DNA of 63,383 nt, filler included, from Choristocarpus tenellus KU-1152 (taxonomy: Eukaryota > Protista > Phaeophyceae), in NCBI GenBank assembly GCA_964200185.2. It is 7 parts of 7 records of this genome, joined end to end, with 100 filler letters (N's around TTAATTAATTAA, not from the genome) between each part and the next. Parts side by side here need not be neighbours in the genome. Positions count along the whole stretch, not along the records: positions 1 to 17,950 come from CAXNAD020000602.1; 6 more parts are not named here. The stretch is one strand, 5' to 3'. The position numbers were made by a program, and so were the translations under genes. Position 1 is the stretch's first letter; every line of letters starts with the position of its first letter. The notes below the pieces were generated by a model. The model ran no database searches and was not told the origin of the DNA. It saw nothing but the letters and a program-made list of their open reading frames with translations. Shown here piece after piece: positions 1 through 12,686 of this stretch.

Positions 1-57
1 TGGGTCAAGTCCATCCTCAATGAAAAGCTCCATCCTCAATTATTGAAATCGGCTGTT
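1..57. repeat. Dispersed repeat end with an internal CCATCCTCAAT duplication; inverted copy at 39664-39720
   Basis: The reverse complement of 1-57 matches 39664-39720 with about 3 mismatches. Confidence 0.8.
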
Positions 58-58
58 T

Positions 59-457
59 GCTGCTGCAGCTGAGGCGCGAAAGCGCACCCACTATGAGGGT
101 TTTTTGATCCTCGTAGTTACAACCTCAACACCTTCGCGGTGGAAAGTTTTGGGCGCCTCGGCAAGCAAACGGAATGCTTCCTAGATGAGCTGCCTACACA
201 CATGGTGGGGGCAGAGGAACTGGAGGATATAGCAGGAAAGGGGAGGTTAAATCCTGGCTACGCTAAATTGTCGCAGTAACTACACAAGTGGCAATGTCTA
301 GACGTGTCATGCTTTCTAAGCTGGAGTCACCAGGGAGATGGGCACGGAGAGTTTTATTGCATTTTTGAGATGGCTCCCTTGCTCCTCACCCTGAGGCACA
401 GGAATAGGTAGATTGGAGGCACAGGAAAGTGGTATGACATAGTAAAATAGCAAATAG
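59..457 (+). mobile_element. 3' fragment of a CRE/R2-type non-LTR retrotransposon (restriction-like endonuclease end), decayed
   Basis: It translates to AAAEARKRTHYEGFFDPRSYNLNTFAVESFGRLGKQTECFLDEL, the typical RLE C-terminal pattern (E..K..Y...f.vE.fG.lG). A homologous copy lies at 42133-42440 on the minus strand. Confidence 0.7.
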
Positions 458-1040
458 ATTTGTGTTTTTAACATTTGTGAAATTTTATTTCTTTGGGGCT
501 TATACTTCTCATTGGTTTCCCCCGTCACACATCTGGAAAATGTCAGAGGGCATTATAATAAAATAAATTTAGACTAGTTCTACGTGGGTACATAGTTATG
601 GAGATTGAAGTACAGTAGTTTTGGAGATAAACCGTCTAATGTCTCACCTCTATTTATTATCTAGAACGGTAGTAGAGTCAAAATGCAACGAACATATAAC
701 ATAGATGTGAAGTATAATTTTTATTGCCCTTATGTCAGAGATACTTGTTTTCAACGCCCAATCACAAGTCAGAAAATCCTCCAAACCCTTCCACGAAAAG
801 AACGCCAAAAAGAATAAATGTTCTTTATCCCGTGCGGTAATACTTCCATACATATATATGTATTTGTATACGATAACAACATTTACATAGAATTCTATAG
901 GTAAGATATTTATGTACTGTATTGTGTAGTATGATGGTGGTCATGTCCAATCTCGTACCACAATTGTACTACTACTCCCCCCTCCTCATCCCTCCCAATT
1001 GTGCATTCTGTGTCTTCAGTCCCAGTCCCTACCTCCAACC

Positions 1041-4000
1041 ATGAGGATCTCATCATGCATTGGCTTCCTAGCAGCTCTTGCTCGTGTAGGAGCGCAAGAA
1101 CAAGAACTCCGTCTGTTGGTCCCATTTTACGTGAAGCCATTGACGCCTGATACACCTGCAGGTACTACACATACATATCTGAGGTGTGCTTCAAGTTAGG
1201 CAAGGGGGTACTCTCTGATCGCGATGTTTCCCAACTCTCTTTGTATTGTTACTTCTATCATGTCGTTTCCCGTCGTTGCCAGCTATTTACAACATTCGAC
1301 TTACTGAGCGTACTGTACATTTCACTGCCAGTCCACCAGAGGCATCACTACCTGTTGTGTTAAAATCTTCACGACTCGAATACGTGACAGTGCTCAATCT
1401 GATCCACCCACATGACGCACAGGTAATCTATGGACGGAAGCCGAAGTAGTCGCAGATAGTGCTTACTATGATGCAATGGAGATTGCGGGTTCGTCTGGTG
1501 TGGGTATAACCCTAGTCATCAATCCCGCTAGTGGACCATTCAACCCTAATGATACTTCGGAGTTTACTTCCACGCTTTATCCTCTGTACCGGGAAAGGGT
1601 ACCAAAACTGACCAATGAAGGGGTAGAAGAGGTGAGATGGGTGAAGCTACATGCCTCACAGTTTCCTTGAGAGTGGCGACAGATATTTTGGTACGAATAG
1701 GTGTTCGAACATTGTTGGATTTTCGTATGCAGTATCATAGAAACAGCAAGGAAGGTAATTCTAAACACCAAAAAGCCTCTCCCCTAGAGTTCTCTAGGTA
1801 TGTTCTACCCTGAGAATGACACACCTCTTTCGCACATATTGTTTTGGTACTAATGCTGCAATACTTGTTATCTGCCCCACTCCCCACCTCTCCCTGTTCT
1901 ACTTTGGGCTCCTCTCACCCCACCCCCTGCAAAAAGAAATACCTCGTTCGTCGAGAAAGATGAAAGATCTTTGTCTATTTCTTCTTCGGGAGCTTTCGAT
2001 GGCATTCTAGTTAATTGCAGTCCCTTTCCAGTACATTTGTCGCCTCTCCTCTCCTGCTCCCCCTCGATATTCTCAAACTGAAACTAACCATCCTTTCATC
2101 CCTCGATTCCTCCTTCCCCAACCTATGTTACATCCATCGTACCTTGGACGTGTTTCGTCACATGCTGTACTGGAAGATATTGTGCTATGTTCCCACAGGT
2201 TATGGAAAGAGGACAGATGTTGAGACCAACATTGACATGTATGCTATTGAGGGGTACTTCACCGACCCTGCAGATGGGTCATTCTTGTGTGACGGAATAT
2301 TCTTAGACGAGACATCAGCTAATGCTACTGAAGTGTCAAAGTGTGAGTTCTGACATGCAACCTATAGATCGCGCGCACACACTCTCTTGTGAAAGGGCAA
2401 AATCTACCCAAAGAGTACTGCTACATATTTCATGTGTGATGTTCTTCCCAGAATCACTCAACCGTGTCGGAACAACTCTTTGGAACATCTTAAGCACTGT
2501 GATTGCAGCTAAGCGATTTAAGCAGCAGGTGCTCATTGTGTGTTTATATATATGAGAAACCCTATCCCCTTGAGAATGGAGGCCAATTCTAGCAAACGGA
2601 GGTATCCATAATCAACGATTGTTGGGGTAAAGCTGAACAACATCTCGCCCGACAACAACAATTGTCAGCAAATGGTGTCAGGCACTTATTAGCAATACCT
2701 TCCTAGTAAAATCATTGCCTGTTTGAACTTAGCTTTGGACATTGAGATTTGGAGAGCTTAACCAAGTTGTTTCCTTGCCTACAATACTGGAGCAGTCCTT
2801 CCCCAACAATATGATCTCCAGACCATAGAAGTACTCAACACCGATGTATATGCATCCACCGTTAGCCCAATATTATGTTATGAAACATAGAGGAATAGTA
2901 TTTATGTGAGGTTTAGTAGAGGAGTGTTGATGATGTTGATGGTGATGGTGGAGGGAGATTGCTTTGAGAGGTCTCTGTTGGAGGGAGGGGGGTAAGGGAT
3001 GGAAAGCTATCTTGCGATTCTGCCAGTCCACCTTGATTACCAACTTCTACTTCCTCTGCCCTGTCCTGGTCTGTGGGTTCTAATACAAACTCAATTCACA
3101 GATGACGGCTATTACTCATACGCACAGACTAAGTTCCCTGGCGGGAAGGTGGTATTCAACACAGGATTGACACCCAATGATACTGCTCTCTACTCACCTG
3201 GTGGAGGCAAGGTGGTCATCACCTCGTGAGTTTTTCTACAACTGCACTGCCAACAACTTGTCTGGTTGCCCCAACCGATAATTCATGTTGAACTCCCAAC
3301 TTTTTCAAACCCATCCCTCAGGTTGGAGAACTACTACAATACTCTGCCAGATTCTGCTACTGGTGCGGGGAAGGTCATGCCAGCAGCACCCGCCAATGGC
3401 ACCAGCAGCGCCCAGCACTCTGCCATGATCCACGGTGCTCCTCCTAACATGACCTTGGACGATGTGAGGCCGTCTAGAATTTGATTCTACTGCCTACTAC
3501 TGATCCTGTGCTTGACCAGATTGTACCTCTAATTTCGTTGTGACTTGTGTCAATCTTTTATTCCCTCGGGAAATATCATACTTGAAGGGATTGCACAATC
3601 TATCAAGTCAAAGTTCCCTTGGTACTATTGCTGGTGCATTGTGGATTAACACAGCGGAGAACATTCCAGGAGAATAATAAACACTCAATGGTAGTTATTG
3701 ATCCAGCACTGCGAGTATAAGACTGTCCTAGACCACAAATGCTTCCCCTACCCAGATCCCTGACATTGCCCTCGTAATTGAGCTGACACACTAATCTGTT
3801 TCTACAGGCATAAGCCAGCTCTTACAATTCACTTGTTCTGTCAAAACGTTTACAACTGACCATACTAAATGTAGGAGTTGCCAATATTGAGATATTGTAC
3901 TTACTCAACCCGATATTCCTTACTAACCATTCATTGTTCTGATTTAGTCTGATTTAGTCTGATTTCTTCCAGGTTATATTATTTATGGCATATTTCAATC

Positions 4001-4151
4001 CTAGCCCTTGAATCTGTCCACATCCATACCTGACTCTATCTTTCAGATGGTAAACCTGATGGAAAGTGCGTACCTCAACAACTGGGGAAGCATCTTCCTC
4101 ACAGATGACTTGGCGTCAACCACATCGGTGACGGGAGAGGTATGGCAATGA
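1041..4151 (+). CDS. Secreted spherulin-4 / GH135 (Sph3-like) glycoside hydrolase, 6 exons
   Basis: Exons are 1041-1161, 1423-1631, 2177-2342, 3102-3225, 3322-3463 and 4047-4151, all with GT-AG boundaries and consistent phases. The N-terminus looks like a signal peptide (MRISSCIGFLAALARVGA). Family motifs occur in order: LLVPFY, LVINPASGP, LCYVPTGYGKR, DGIFLDE, VVFNTG, ITSLEN, AMIHG, GSIFLTD. The C-terminal end is uncertain (see findings). Confidence 0.85.
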
Positions 4152-4579
4152 CCCTACCTGATTTGTGGACTTCTCTGAGTACCTGAGAGCTTGATCAGAA
4201 CCCTGGTAACATACTAGATTGATTTGCGCAGTTTGATCGGTTCTTGGAAAAATCTTTATTAGTAGCACAACTGAGTTAATAGTCAAGATATGTCAAGCCA
4301 CTGTGTGGTACAACTTCCAAGGGGTGTATCAATGAGGCTTTTTTAACCTTGTGCCTGACCCCCCATTTCTTGATGAAAATCTACGTATATTTTGTCTGGT
4401 TGTTGTGGCTGTGGCAGATGAGACCCTCTAGCTCTAGATAGAGGTTTTGTCATGGGTCTGAGAGTGGAAAATTGAAAAAAAAGAAGACGAAAGAAGGGTA
4501 TCCGACAGATTTCCATGATTAAACCATACTTTCGCCCTCTAGGACCCTTCGAACGTTAATGGGATGTGCTGTAAATACG

Positions 4580-5920
4580 CTTATTTATCAGCCTGCTCAA
4601 AGTACACTGTATTGTGATCAATTTGCCATTCTGTGTCGCGCCAGATTATTCCCCTCAACCCATGGGATACAGAACCAACTTTCTTTTCCACTCTAGTGGA
4701 GGCCATATTGACGGTATCAGGATCCAATTCCACAGGTGGGTTGCATTCGTTTGCATGGGGCACTACTTGATGTGTTTGTGTTGTTACACAATAAAGGACT
4801 TGTACACCATGGCAGTAGTTCTGGGTGAACCATGAAATTGATTCTACGATGAACTTTGCAGGGTCTGTTGGGTCTGATATCAGGGGGGTTTTGTTTGTTG
4901 TTTCGTTAGGAGGAGTCGAGTGGGTTTTGTACTCCTGACTGAGTTTTTTCTTGTATATCACCTCAAAAGTACTCCAGTGAGTGGGTAGACATTGAAGATC
5001 GATAAGGTTCACTAGGGTTGGTTGAATAATTCATGACATCATATCACCAAACTTTGTGTGTATATTTTGCACACTCAGTTTTTCTCCTGCAGTTGTGTCA
5101 ATTTTGCATGCAATTATTGGCACATCTATGCATCCCTCCAATGTTCGGGGTATTTTTATTTATTACAGAGTAGTTCAATGAACTTTCAAACTATACCTTG
5201 ACTAGTCTGCTGTTCGTTGACAATGCACACGTCTATCCTTAACCAATGCACCCACTCCCCTTTGCCGAGTAGGGACGTGCATTGCCCTAGGGGAGACAAC
5301 ATGCACTGAGAATTCTGACTGCTGCCGCGACACTACTGAAAATATGAAGGCCAGGTGCCATGGAGGAAAGTGCTGCAACCACTGGGCGAAGATATGCAAG
5401 ACGGACAAGTGAGAAGGGTGCTGTTCCACCATTTGACTACTTGTCCCGAAAAGCTGCACCTAATTTTTTCTTTTGAGTGATTTTTGTGCAGAGGTCCTTG
5501 ATCTGTAAGAGCATTAGAGTCCCTTGGGACTACTTTGTCCATCTCCCCCCTCCCATCTCACATCCTTAATTGCTGCTATACTGAGAGCACGTCTACAAGG
5601 AAGAGAGTCGTCCATCCCTCTCGCACATTCTGGAAAAAGGTAACACAGAGTGTTGAAGTAGTGTCATCGCCAAAAATTTTTCACTTGAGAGTAAATGATA
5701 TAACCTACATCTAAGAGATGAAGTTCCTGTCTCGCTGGAAGGAAAGCCCCCAAATGGTAAATAGTAGTTGAGTGGGTTCTGTACTTTTTTCCAACATTTG
5801 GAAAAAGGTTGGCTCTCGGAAAGAGTGGTATGGCATGCTGCTGACACATTTGAACCACTCCATTTCATTTGCTGCTTTTTGAGCAATGACGACTCCCGTT
5901 GTTCCTTTATGCACCTGCTA
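4580..5920 (-). pseudogene. Possible highly decayed hAT-like transposase remnant
   Basis: Broken frames contain WFKCVSSMPYHSFREPTFFQML, KIRCSFSGQVVKWWNSTLL (BED-finger-like) and TLEGCID...IDTTAGEKLSVQNI. The resemblance is weak and the motif order is imperfect. Confidence 0.3.
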
Positions 5921-8675
5921 TTGTACAATCTAGCGACTGCTGCGGAAGCTTGGAGTGTCACTGCAATAGGTGTGGCTAACTGTGAGGTGCAGGATACACT
6001 GAGGAGGATAGGCTTACCTCTCACATTTGTGAGAACAAGCAGAAATCTTGTACAACGTACATGTTCAAATGCTATCCATCTTGACTTGCACCTTGGTGGG
6101 GTGTGTGCAGCAAACATGGAGTGATGACTGCTTGATACGTATCTGTTCTTGTTCTTTTGAGGAACTGCACAATGAAGCATGTCTCTTGCAGCTTATATCT
6201 TGTATTGACCGAGGTTCATTGCGGTCATTCTATTTGTGTGAGAGGGGTAGAAAACGTTAATTCTTTCTTCAAAGTTTTACGGAGATAGAATGAGCGCATC
6301 TCGATAGCTGGGATAGATTTCTGGAACCACTCAGGAAGCTTAGTTGAGGCGTTGTGCCTCCAGAAGTTCAGATTCAAATTGTCACCTACTGAGGACCCAT
6401 CTTTTCCTCGTTTGAACAGATGGAACCCTGTACTTATTTGTGGTGTGGCATGCTTGTGTCAGGATGGATTTGTAGTATGCGTGCACTGTTTTTACACCAT
6501 CCTTTTCGAGAGATTGGGCACATAGGACACTCCATTGGGGCCCCTTTTGAATCCTTAAACGTTGCCTAATTTTGTTATTGTGCTAGTAATATATTGTTGC
6601 CACCGTATTTTAATTGCTTAAATAGCCACCTGCTGACGACTCATCATTCCCTCGCTTCAGCAGATTTTTTTATCACTTTTATAGTGTGGCATGTTTGGGT
6701 TAAGGAGGAGTTTGTAGCAAGCGTGGATTGTTTTTCTGCCCTCATGTTTGAGGGAGGGGCACATAGGACAGTATAGTTGGGTCCCCTTCGGATGTTGCCT
6801 AATAGTCTTGTCGTACTACTGATAGACTGCTACCAATGTATGAAGTATTTTGCTAGTCCCAGCATTCTGTGCATAGGTGTAGGTTGTGCATGGTACTGAG
6901 CTAAAATAAACGAGAGGTACCAAGCCTTTGCCCGTTTTACATTTGAAGTCTGTTTTTCCAATCTTTTGGAATCCACCCATATTTCTATGGATGAAGTTGT
7001 AAGTTTGACTCGAGAGCGTGTATTTCTCTATTGTTTCAAACTTTTTCTGACGCAGTTCAGAAAGTATCCTGTGCACGTTTGTAAAACAAGTCGAATTTTG
7101 GACACATTTGTCAGTGTCGTTAAAATGTAACTCTGCTTATATCTGCTACTTCGACTCACTGCAATTTTGCAATGTTATTGAGTGTACGGTGGAAGGAACA
7201 GGAAAAGTCTTGCGTGCTCGCAGCTTGCTGCACAACCATGCCGCAAGAATATAGTGATCAGTGGAGTAGAAACTTTCATGCACACAACAACTTGTTAATT
7301 GTTTTGTATTTTGAGTTGCTAGTGTAAGTGTAGCAAGAGGATATTGTTAAAGGGTAATTTGAAACAGAGTGTAGAGTGTCTGCTTTTGGGGACCGTTGTT
7401 ATTCCCCTCACCTGGTGAGGGGAACTACTGTAGTGATTATCAGGTATTTCAGATACAACATACCTCTCTAGGGGGTACGGGAAAGAGCAACTTAACCCAT
7501 TGATCTCAGTTTGAAGGACGAGTATGATAACCTACTGCTTTGATTAGCACCCTTTGGAATAAAGACACTGTTTCTGTCTAATTGGACTGGGCGCCTATAA
7601 GTGCTAATTTTTCTTTCCATGTTTACAATTTAAAATCCAAGATATATATACTTGAATATGATTGAGATAGAATGGTTTGGTTAGTGGTAATGGAGTAGTT
7701 GTTTGGATAGAGCAAACAGTAACTTTCTTTTCACCTGCATGAGTAATAACTACTAATTCATATGATAGGAAAGGAGAATCTATCTTCAGTAACGATTCAC
7801 TTTACAATTTCAATTGTATTTGAGAAATGTGGGGATGGGGAGGAGATACTTGCTCCAGGCAGTCAGATGACAATGGCTAGTTAAAATGACCTGTTGTATG
7901 AGAATGAACCCCTAGGGCCTTGGCTGGAACATGGGTCGTCAGAGGTTTGGGGGTGAAAAAATATAGACATTTGTTTCTTGCAAGGATTTTCCGACGTTGT
8001 AGGCAGGAACCACGACAGCTCGCTCTACATCATCAATAAGGTACGTCACAATAGACGAGAAAGTACTAGTTTGAGCCATCCTATCTTAGAGGGCGGTGGT
8101 ATATGTAGACCCTTGTGAATATTTAGAGTTTTTTTCCCTGCTGCTTGACACCCCATTTGTTGAACTATCCCACACTGGGCCCGCGGCTTTTATGGTGCTT
8201 TAATGAAGGACAAAGAACAGCTCGATATGGATGAACAATGTTAGTATTACAAGGGGCTAGTGGTCTCGATTCCGCTGACTGAGCTTGTGGGTGAGACTCT
8301 AGCCTTAATTACCATCATTACTCTATAGCGTGGAGTTTGTAACCATCCACACTAATTTACTATGAATTACTTGTTTACTTAAGTATAGGAAGTGTATCTT
8401 GAACATGATCTAAAACCAATCAACACTATGATTCAGTACATATAATATATCTGTTACTGGCTCTCCATCCTATTATCTAATCCACCGGTGGTGTCTACGT
8501 GTATCAGCAGCACTCTCTACGAACACCATTCCCTTGCCCGAAATCAAGCTATCCCTCCTTAGGAGGTTGTAGCTGCAGAAGAGAAAACGGTCATTGTCTA
8601 CAAAAGTGCAACATCGTCCTCCAGACTGCTAGAAGAGCATGTACCAGGCAGTGCCATGCACGTGGGAACCACTCC

Positions 8676-9022
8676 TGCTTGGGGAGCCGATCGTTCTATT
8701 CTGGGAGCTAGGAATATGTGCAGGAATCGCATGGTGAATATGCAAAAAAAAGGTCCTAGCTTGCGTTTGGCGTCCTTAGCTTTACATATAGAATGAATCG
8801 TTTGGTCAATATCCCACAAAAATATTAAAAATGGGTGGTGGCAAAGGGAGTCACTCCCCATTCTTAAAACCTGTCTTGATAACTCATTGCTCGACCAATC
8901 AATCATTTTATTGTGCAAAGTGAAGGATGCGAAGGACAAGTTAGGGTATTCACCCGACACATTCACGATGCGATTCCCGCACATATTTCTCGCTCCCTTA
9001 ATAGGGGGTGCCCCCCACATGG
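8676..9022. repeat. Diverged inverted repeat (arms about 8676-8807 and 8893-9022)
   Basis: GGGAGCTAGGAATATGTGCAGGAATCGCATGGTGAATATG is matched in reverse by CACATTCACGATGCGATTCCCGCACATATTTCTCGCTCCC. The opposite-strand ORFs share DQ.I...CK.KDAK.KLG....FTMRF.HIFLAP.I. Confidence 0.8.
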
Positions 9023-9322
9023 ACGGCACCAGTCGCAAGGACCCGAAATACTTAATGACACCTCCCTCTATGATAGGGCGACACTCTTCTATCTCACAAG
9101 TCATTATTGTACTGTCATGGACCATTGTTCCTGGTGTTTTCTTTTTGTTAATATTGTTTTAGAATATACTTGGGTCAGTCTCCAGTACTTCTGCCACCGT
9201 CACTCCTTTCACTATTATCTCTACCGTTATCACCATCATCCTGCCATCTCTCTCTCTCTCTTCTACTTCTTATTCTGTCGATGTTACGTTTTCTTATCGT
9301 GTTGTTGTTGCTACATGTTGAC

Positions 9323-9350
9323 CTACTACTACTACTACTACTACTACTAC
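9323..9350. repeat. (CTA)n microsatellite
   Basis: Directly visible in the sequence. Confidence 0.95.
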
Positions 9351-10296
9351 CTGCGGTTCCAATTGGTTGTATCCACCCAATATGTTGGTATCACGATGAT
9401 GATGATGGTCGATCATGATGAATAATCATCGCTCATTGTTGCTGCTATTGTTGCCTTCATCACTCCTGCTGCTACTCTTAGTGCTCTTACAAGCAAGAAC
9501 AAATAACGCAAACACTGTATGTGGGGGAAGAGGGAGTGGAGGTAGTGCACTACATACATTCGCACAAAACGACGTAGCAGAAATTCTGACAAACGAACTT
9601 TTCTCCTTCTCCCCAACGCCGTCAAAACACCACATTACCCATGTTTGGCTGCACTTCTTGCTATGACGAAATTCCAATAGAACACAAAGGGGAAGTATAT
9701 GAGGTGATTTGAGTTTTGCGGGTGGGAGAATTCTGGAAGGAATAATGTATGGGGAACAGAGTGCTGATTAAGGTAAAAAGAAAATGATGAGAGGTGGACG
9801 CAGAGTTAAGTATTGGTGACTAGGAGGCAGAAGAGGTAGAAGAGAAGTTAAAGACATGGGTGGTAGGTGGAAGCATGAGGATGGATCAGAACGTAAGGAA
9901 AATTGAGGTTGGTTCAACAGTACAAGCAGGGCTGGAACAAGGCAACCTCCGAGTAATCTTTCCCACCCACCCACCCTTTCGATTGCTCACGACCGACTGG
10001 GATGCTGGGGAACAGGGGAGGGGAGATCAAGTTCGGGCAGGGTAGATGTATTCTAGTTCAAAGGCATAGTATTGAATTGGATGGCGAAAGGGTGTTCTTA
10101 GATGATTGTGGAGCAGTGTTGAATGGTGTGGTGGAGAAGAAAGTGGTGGAAAGTATTGTGGTGGTGAGTGGTTGGTGGAGCGGAAAGTGATGATAAGTGT
10201 CATGGGGTTGGGTGGGGTTGAATGGTGTGGTTAAGCGGAAGGTGGTGGAAAGTGTTGTGGGGTTTGAATGGTGGGGGCGGAGTGGAAAGTGGTGGT

Positions 10297-10449
10297 GACT
10301 GAAAATCAGTGGCGAAGGGGTCGCACTGGCTGGTCATCAGATGTGGTTTGCGACTGGAAATCAGTGGCAAAGGTGGTTCGCACTGGTTGGTCACTGGTTA
10401 GGCTGGTGGCTGGAAGTCAGTGACGGAGGAATCGCACTGGTTGGTCACT
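10297..10449. repeat. Three degenerate ~55-bp tandem units within a GT-rich low-complexity tract
   Basis: The unit G(A/G)CTGRAARTCAGTG...TCGCACTGGYTGGTCA starts at 10297, 10352 and about 10408. Confidence 0.8.
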
Positions 10450-12686
10450 AGTGGTGTCACAATGGGGGGGGTAGAATAGGTGGAATGCAAACAAAGAATA
10501 ATGAACAATAGTTCATAATTCGCGAGAAAAGTTAAATACCCATTTGGTCCAATCAAAAAAAGAAAACAAAATCCTACAGACTTCACTTTTTGAAGATTCC
10601 ACTGTTGTGAAGTTCTTAATATATACATTGAAGAAGTTCACTCTGACTTTCAATGTTTCATAAAATTCGTCATGTAATTGTAACAACACATACTCCAGAT
10701 TCCTCGAGTGGTATGGCAATTAATCCTCTCGTACGTCTTTGCACATTGATTGGAAGATACACTAACGACATGGATGGGAAGGAGATGCAACCAGCCAACT
10801 GCATGCAGGGACACAAGTAGTACAGCAGATCAGCTAAATAGGGCACTTACATGGACAATAACGTTCATGGTGGCAATGGCACCTAGCTATCAAGGAAGAA
10901 GAGCAAGCAATCTATTGATTAGACTTAACATTTTGGTCTTCTGGATCATATGGAACAAAGTGACCTTCCCCACCAATGTACAGCCGAGCTCAATGTGTTT
11001 GTCTCTCCCTGCACAATCCACTATATATGTACATAGCTCCACGCTCAATGAACTGCCTTCCCTGCCTCCTACTCCTTCAATGAGACAATTGAGGCCAGTC
11101 AGCTCTGCTTCTTCTCCTCCTTGAAATACCGTGAAGTTGCCTTTTCAGTGGAATCAGTAGATCCTGATCCCGTGTGCAAGATCGTACCTTATCCCGATAT
11201 TCCATCACTTCCAATGGACGTGCGACTCTTTTCCCAGTTTCATGCTAGATTCAAGGGAGCTCAGCAAATAACCAAGGAGAACCAAATCTTCACGTCCCAA
11301 ATATAGTTTTATGTATCAGGAAAGGGAGGCAGGTAATCCTGGTAGAGAGGGGGATTGACTTCCTCCAGGAAACATGGCAGCCTATCCAAACACTGCAAAT
11401 TTGCACATAAGCACTTTTGGCATATTTCCAGACTTTCTAGGGGAGTCGATTCCCTGGAAAGAAAGTACCTATGTGTGGTCTTCTGTTAGTAAACACATGA
11501 TTTCTAAATTTCAAGTATTTATCTTCGTGGCAACTTGTCTACCCGGAAGATATGGGGGGGGAGGGTATTCCACTTCAATATTCGTGCACGTCTTAACAAC
11601 CTTTCGTGAGAGGTAATTTCCTTCAAATTTCAATGTTGTTGATAGGGACAGTGCTGATGGATATTCATTACGGCACGAGTTTGAGAAGAGGAGGGAGAGG
11701 GGGAAGGGCACTCCAGACAGTCATTGACCCATTGGTGAGGCAGAATGTCTCCTCATCTTTGGTTGAGGGATAGTGACCTGGTATGGGTGGGGGGGTTGGG
11801 ACCTTACAGTGATTTTAATAGAGCACACGTATGGGTGCGATTTATTGTATTGTAAAACACTTGTTCTTGTAGTCAACGATCCATTCTAAGTTGTAGCCTC
11901 CAAATTCCACCATTGGAGGACATGGGGTAACGACTCACCTGAACAGAGTGAGTGGGTCCTGCTAATCTGTATACACCGGAAGGAGCACAAGTAGCTTTAT
12001 GCAAGGGAGTTGAGCAAGACCAGCCGAAGGAAGTTGTGGACAACACAAAGTGGGCTGATTATCCTTCTTCTTGGAATATTGAAAAAACAACAGAGTTTGT
12101 CAGGACACAGCCCCTGAAGATACAGCTCCTGAGGTAAGATATTCCAAACCTGTTTGCGCAGGGAGGAAGGACTATTGCGATCCCCATGATCGAGGACTTC
12201 CTATGAAACTCTACTACCACCAGCAAAAAAGCACTAGTCGATAAGCCAGGCCCTTACTACTACCTGAAAGGTTTGCCTTACACTAGGGCTCCTGTGCCTT
12301 TTCAGTGTACCCAAAATAGGCAGACACATTGACATCTCCAAGTGGGACCACTAACGTAATACACCACATCATTGTGCAGAAAAAAAATGAACAGGCTGCT
12401 CAGACCTTATTTCGCACTCTATGCAATGATGGGAATACACATTACTTCACGCAACTATTTAAACACTTGCCCTCCCAAGCACTATATACGAACATAACAC
12501 GTACATAATTACGCAACAACAAAAAAAGTACTGTTTTGAAAAAAGAAATAATGGCAACCACAACATAAAGACAGACAAGTCTCCACATCATGGCACCACA
12601 TCACATAGAGCTTTCCCTCAGTCTTCTCTTGACCTTCCGCTCAGTGTATGAAACGACCACTTACACTATGAAAACTGAAGCAAAGT

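Noticed and set aside
8598-9125. Helitron Rep-like ORF
   Set aside because: The resemblance is vague, with no HUH or helicase motifs; the inverted repeat explains the ORF pattern.
8913-9677. Poly-Tyr, poly-Leu and poly-Ser ORFs
   Set aside because: They are by-products of trinucleotide microsatellites.
10297-10449. CRISPR-like repeat-spacer array
   Set aside because: There are only three degenerate units with 12-15-nt linkers, the context is eukaryotic, and no cas genes are present.
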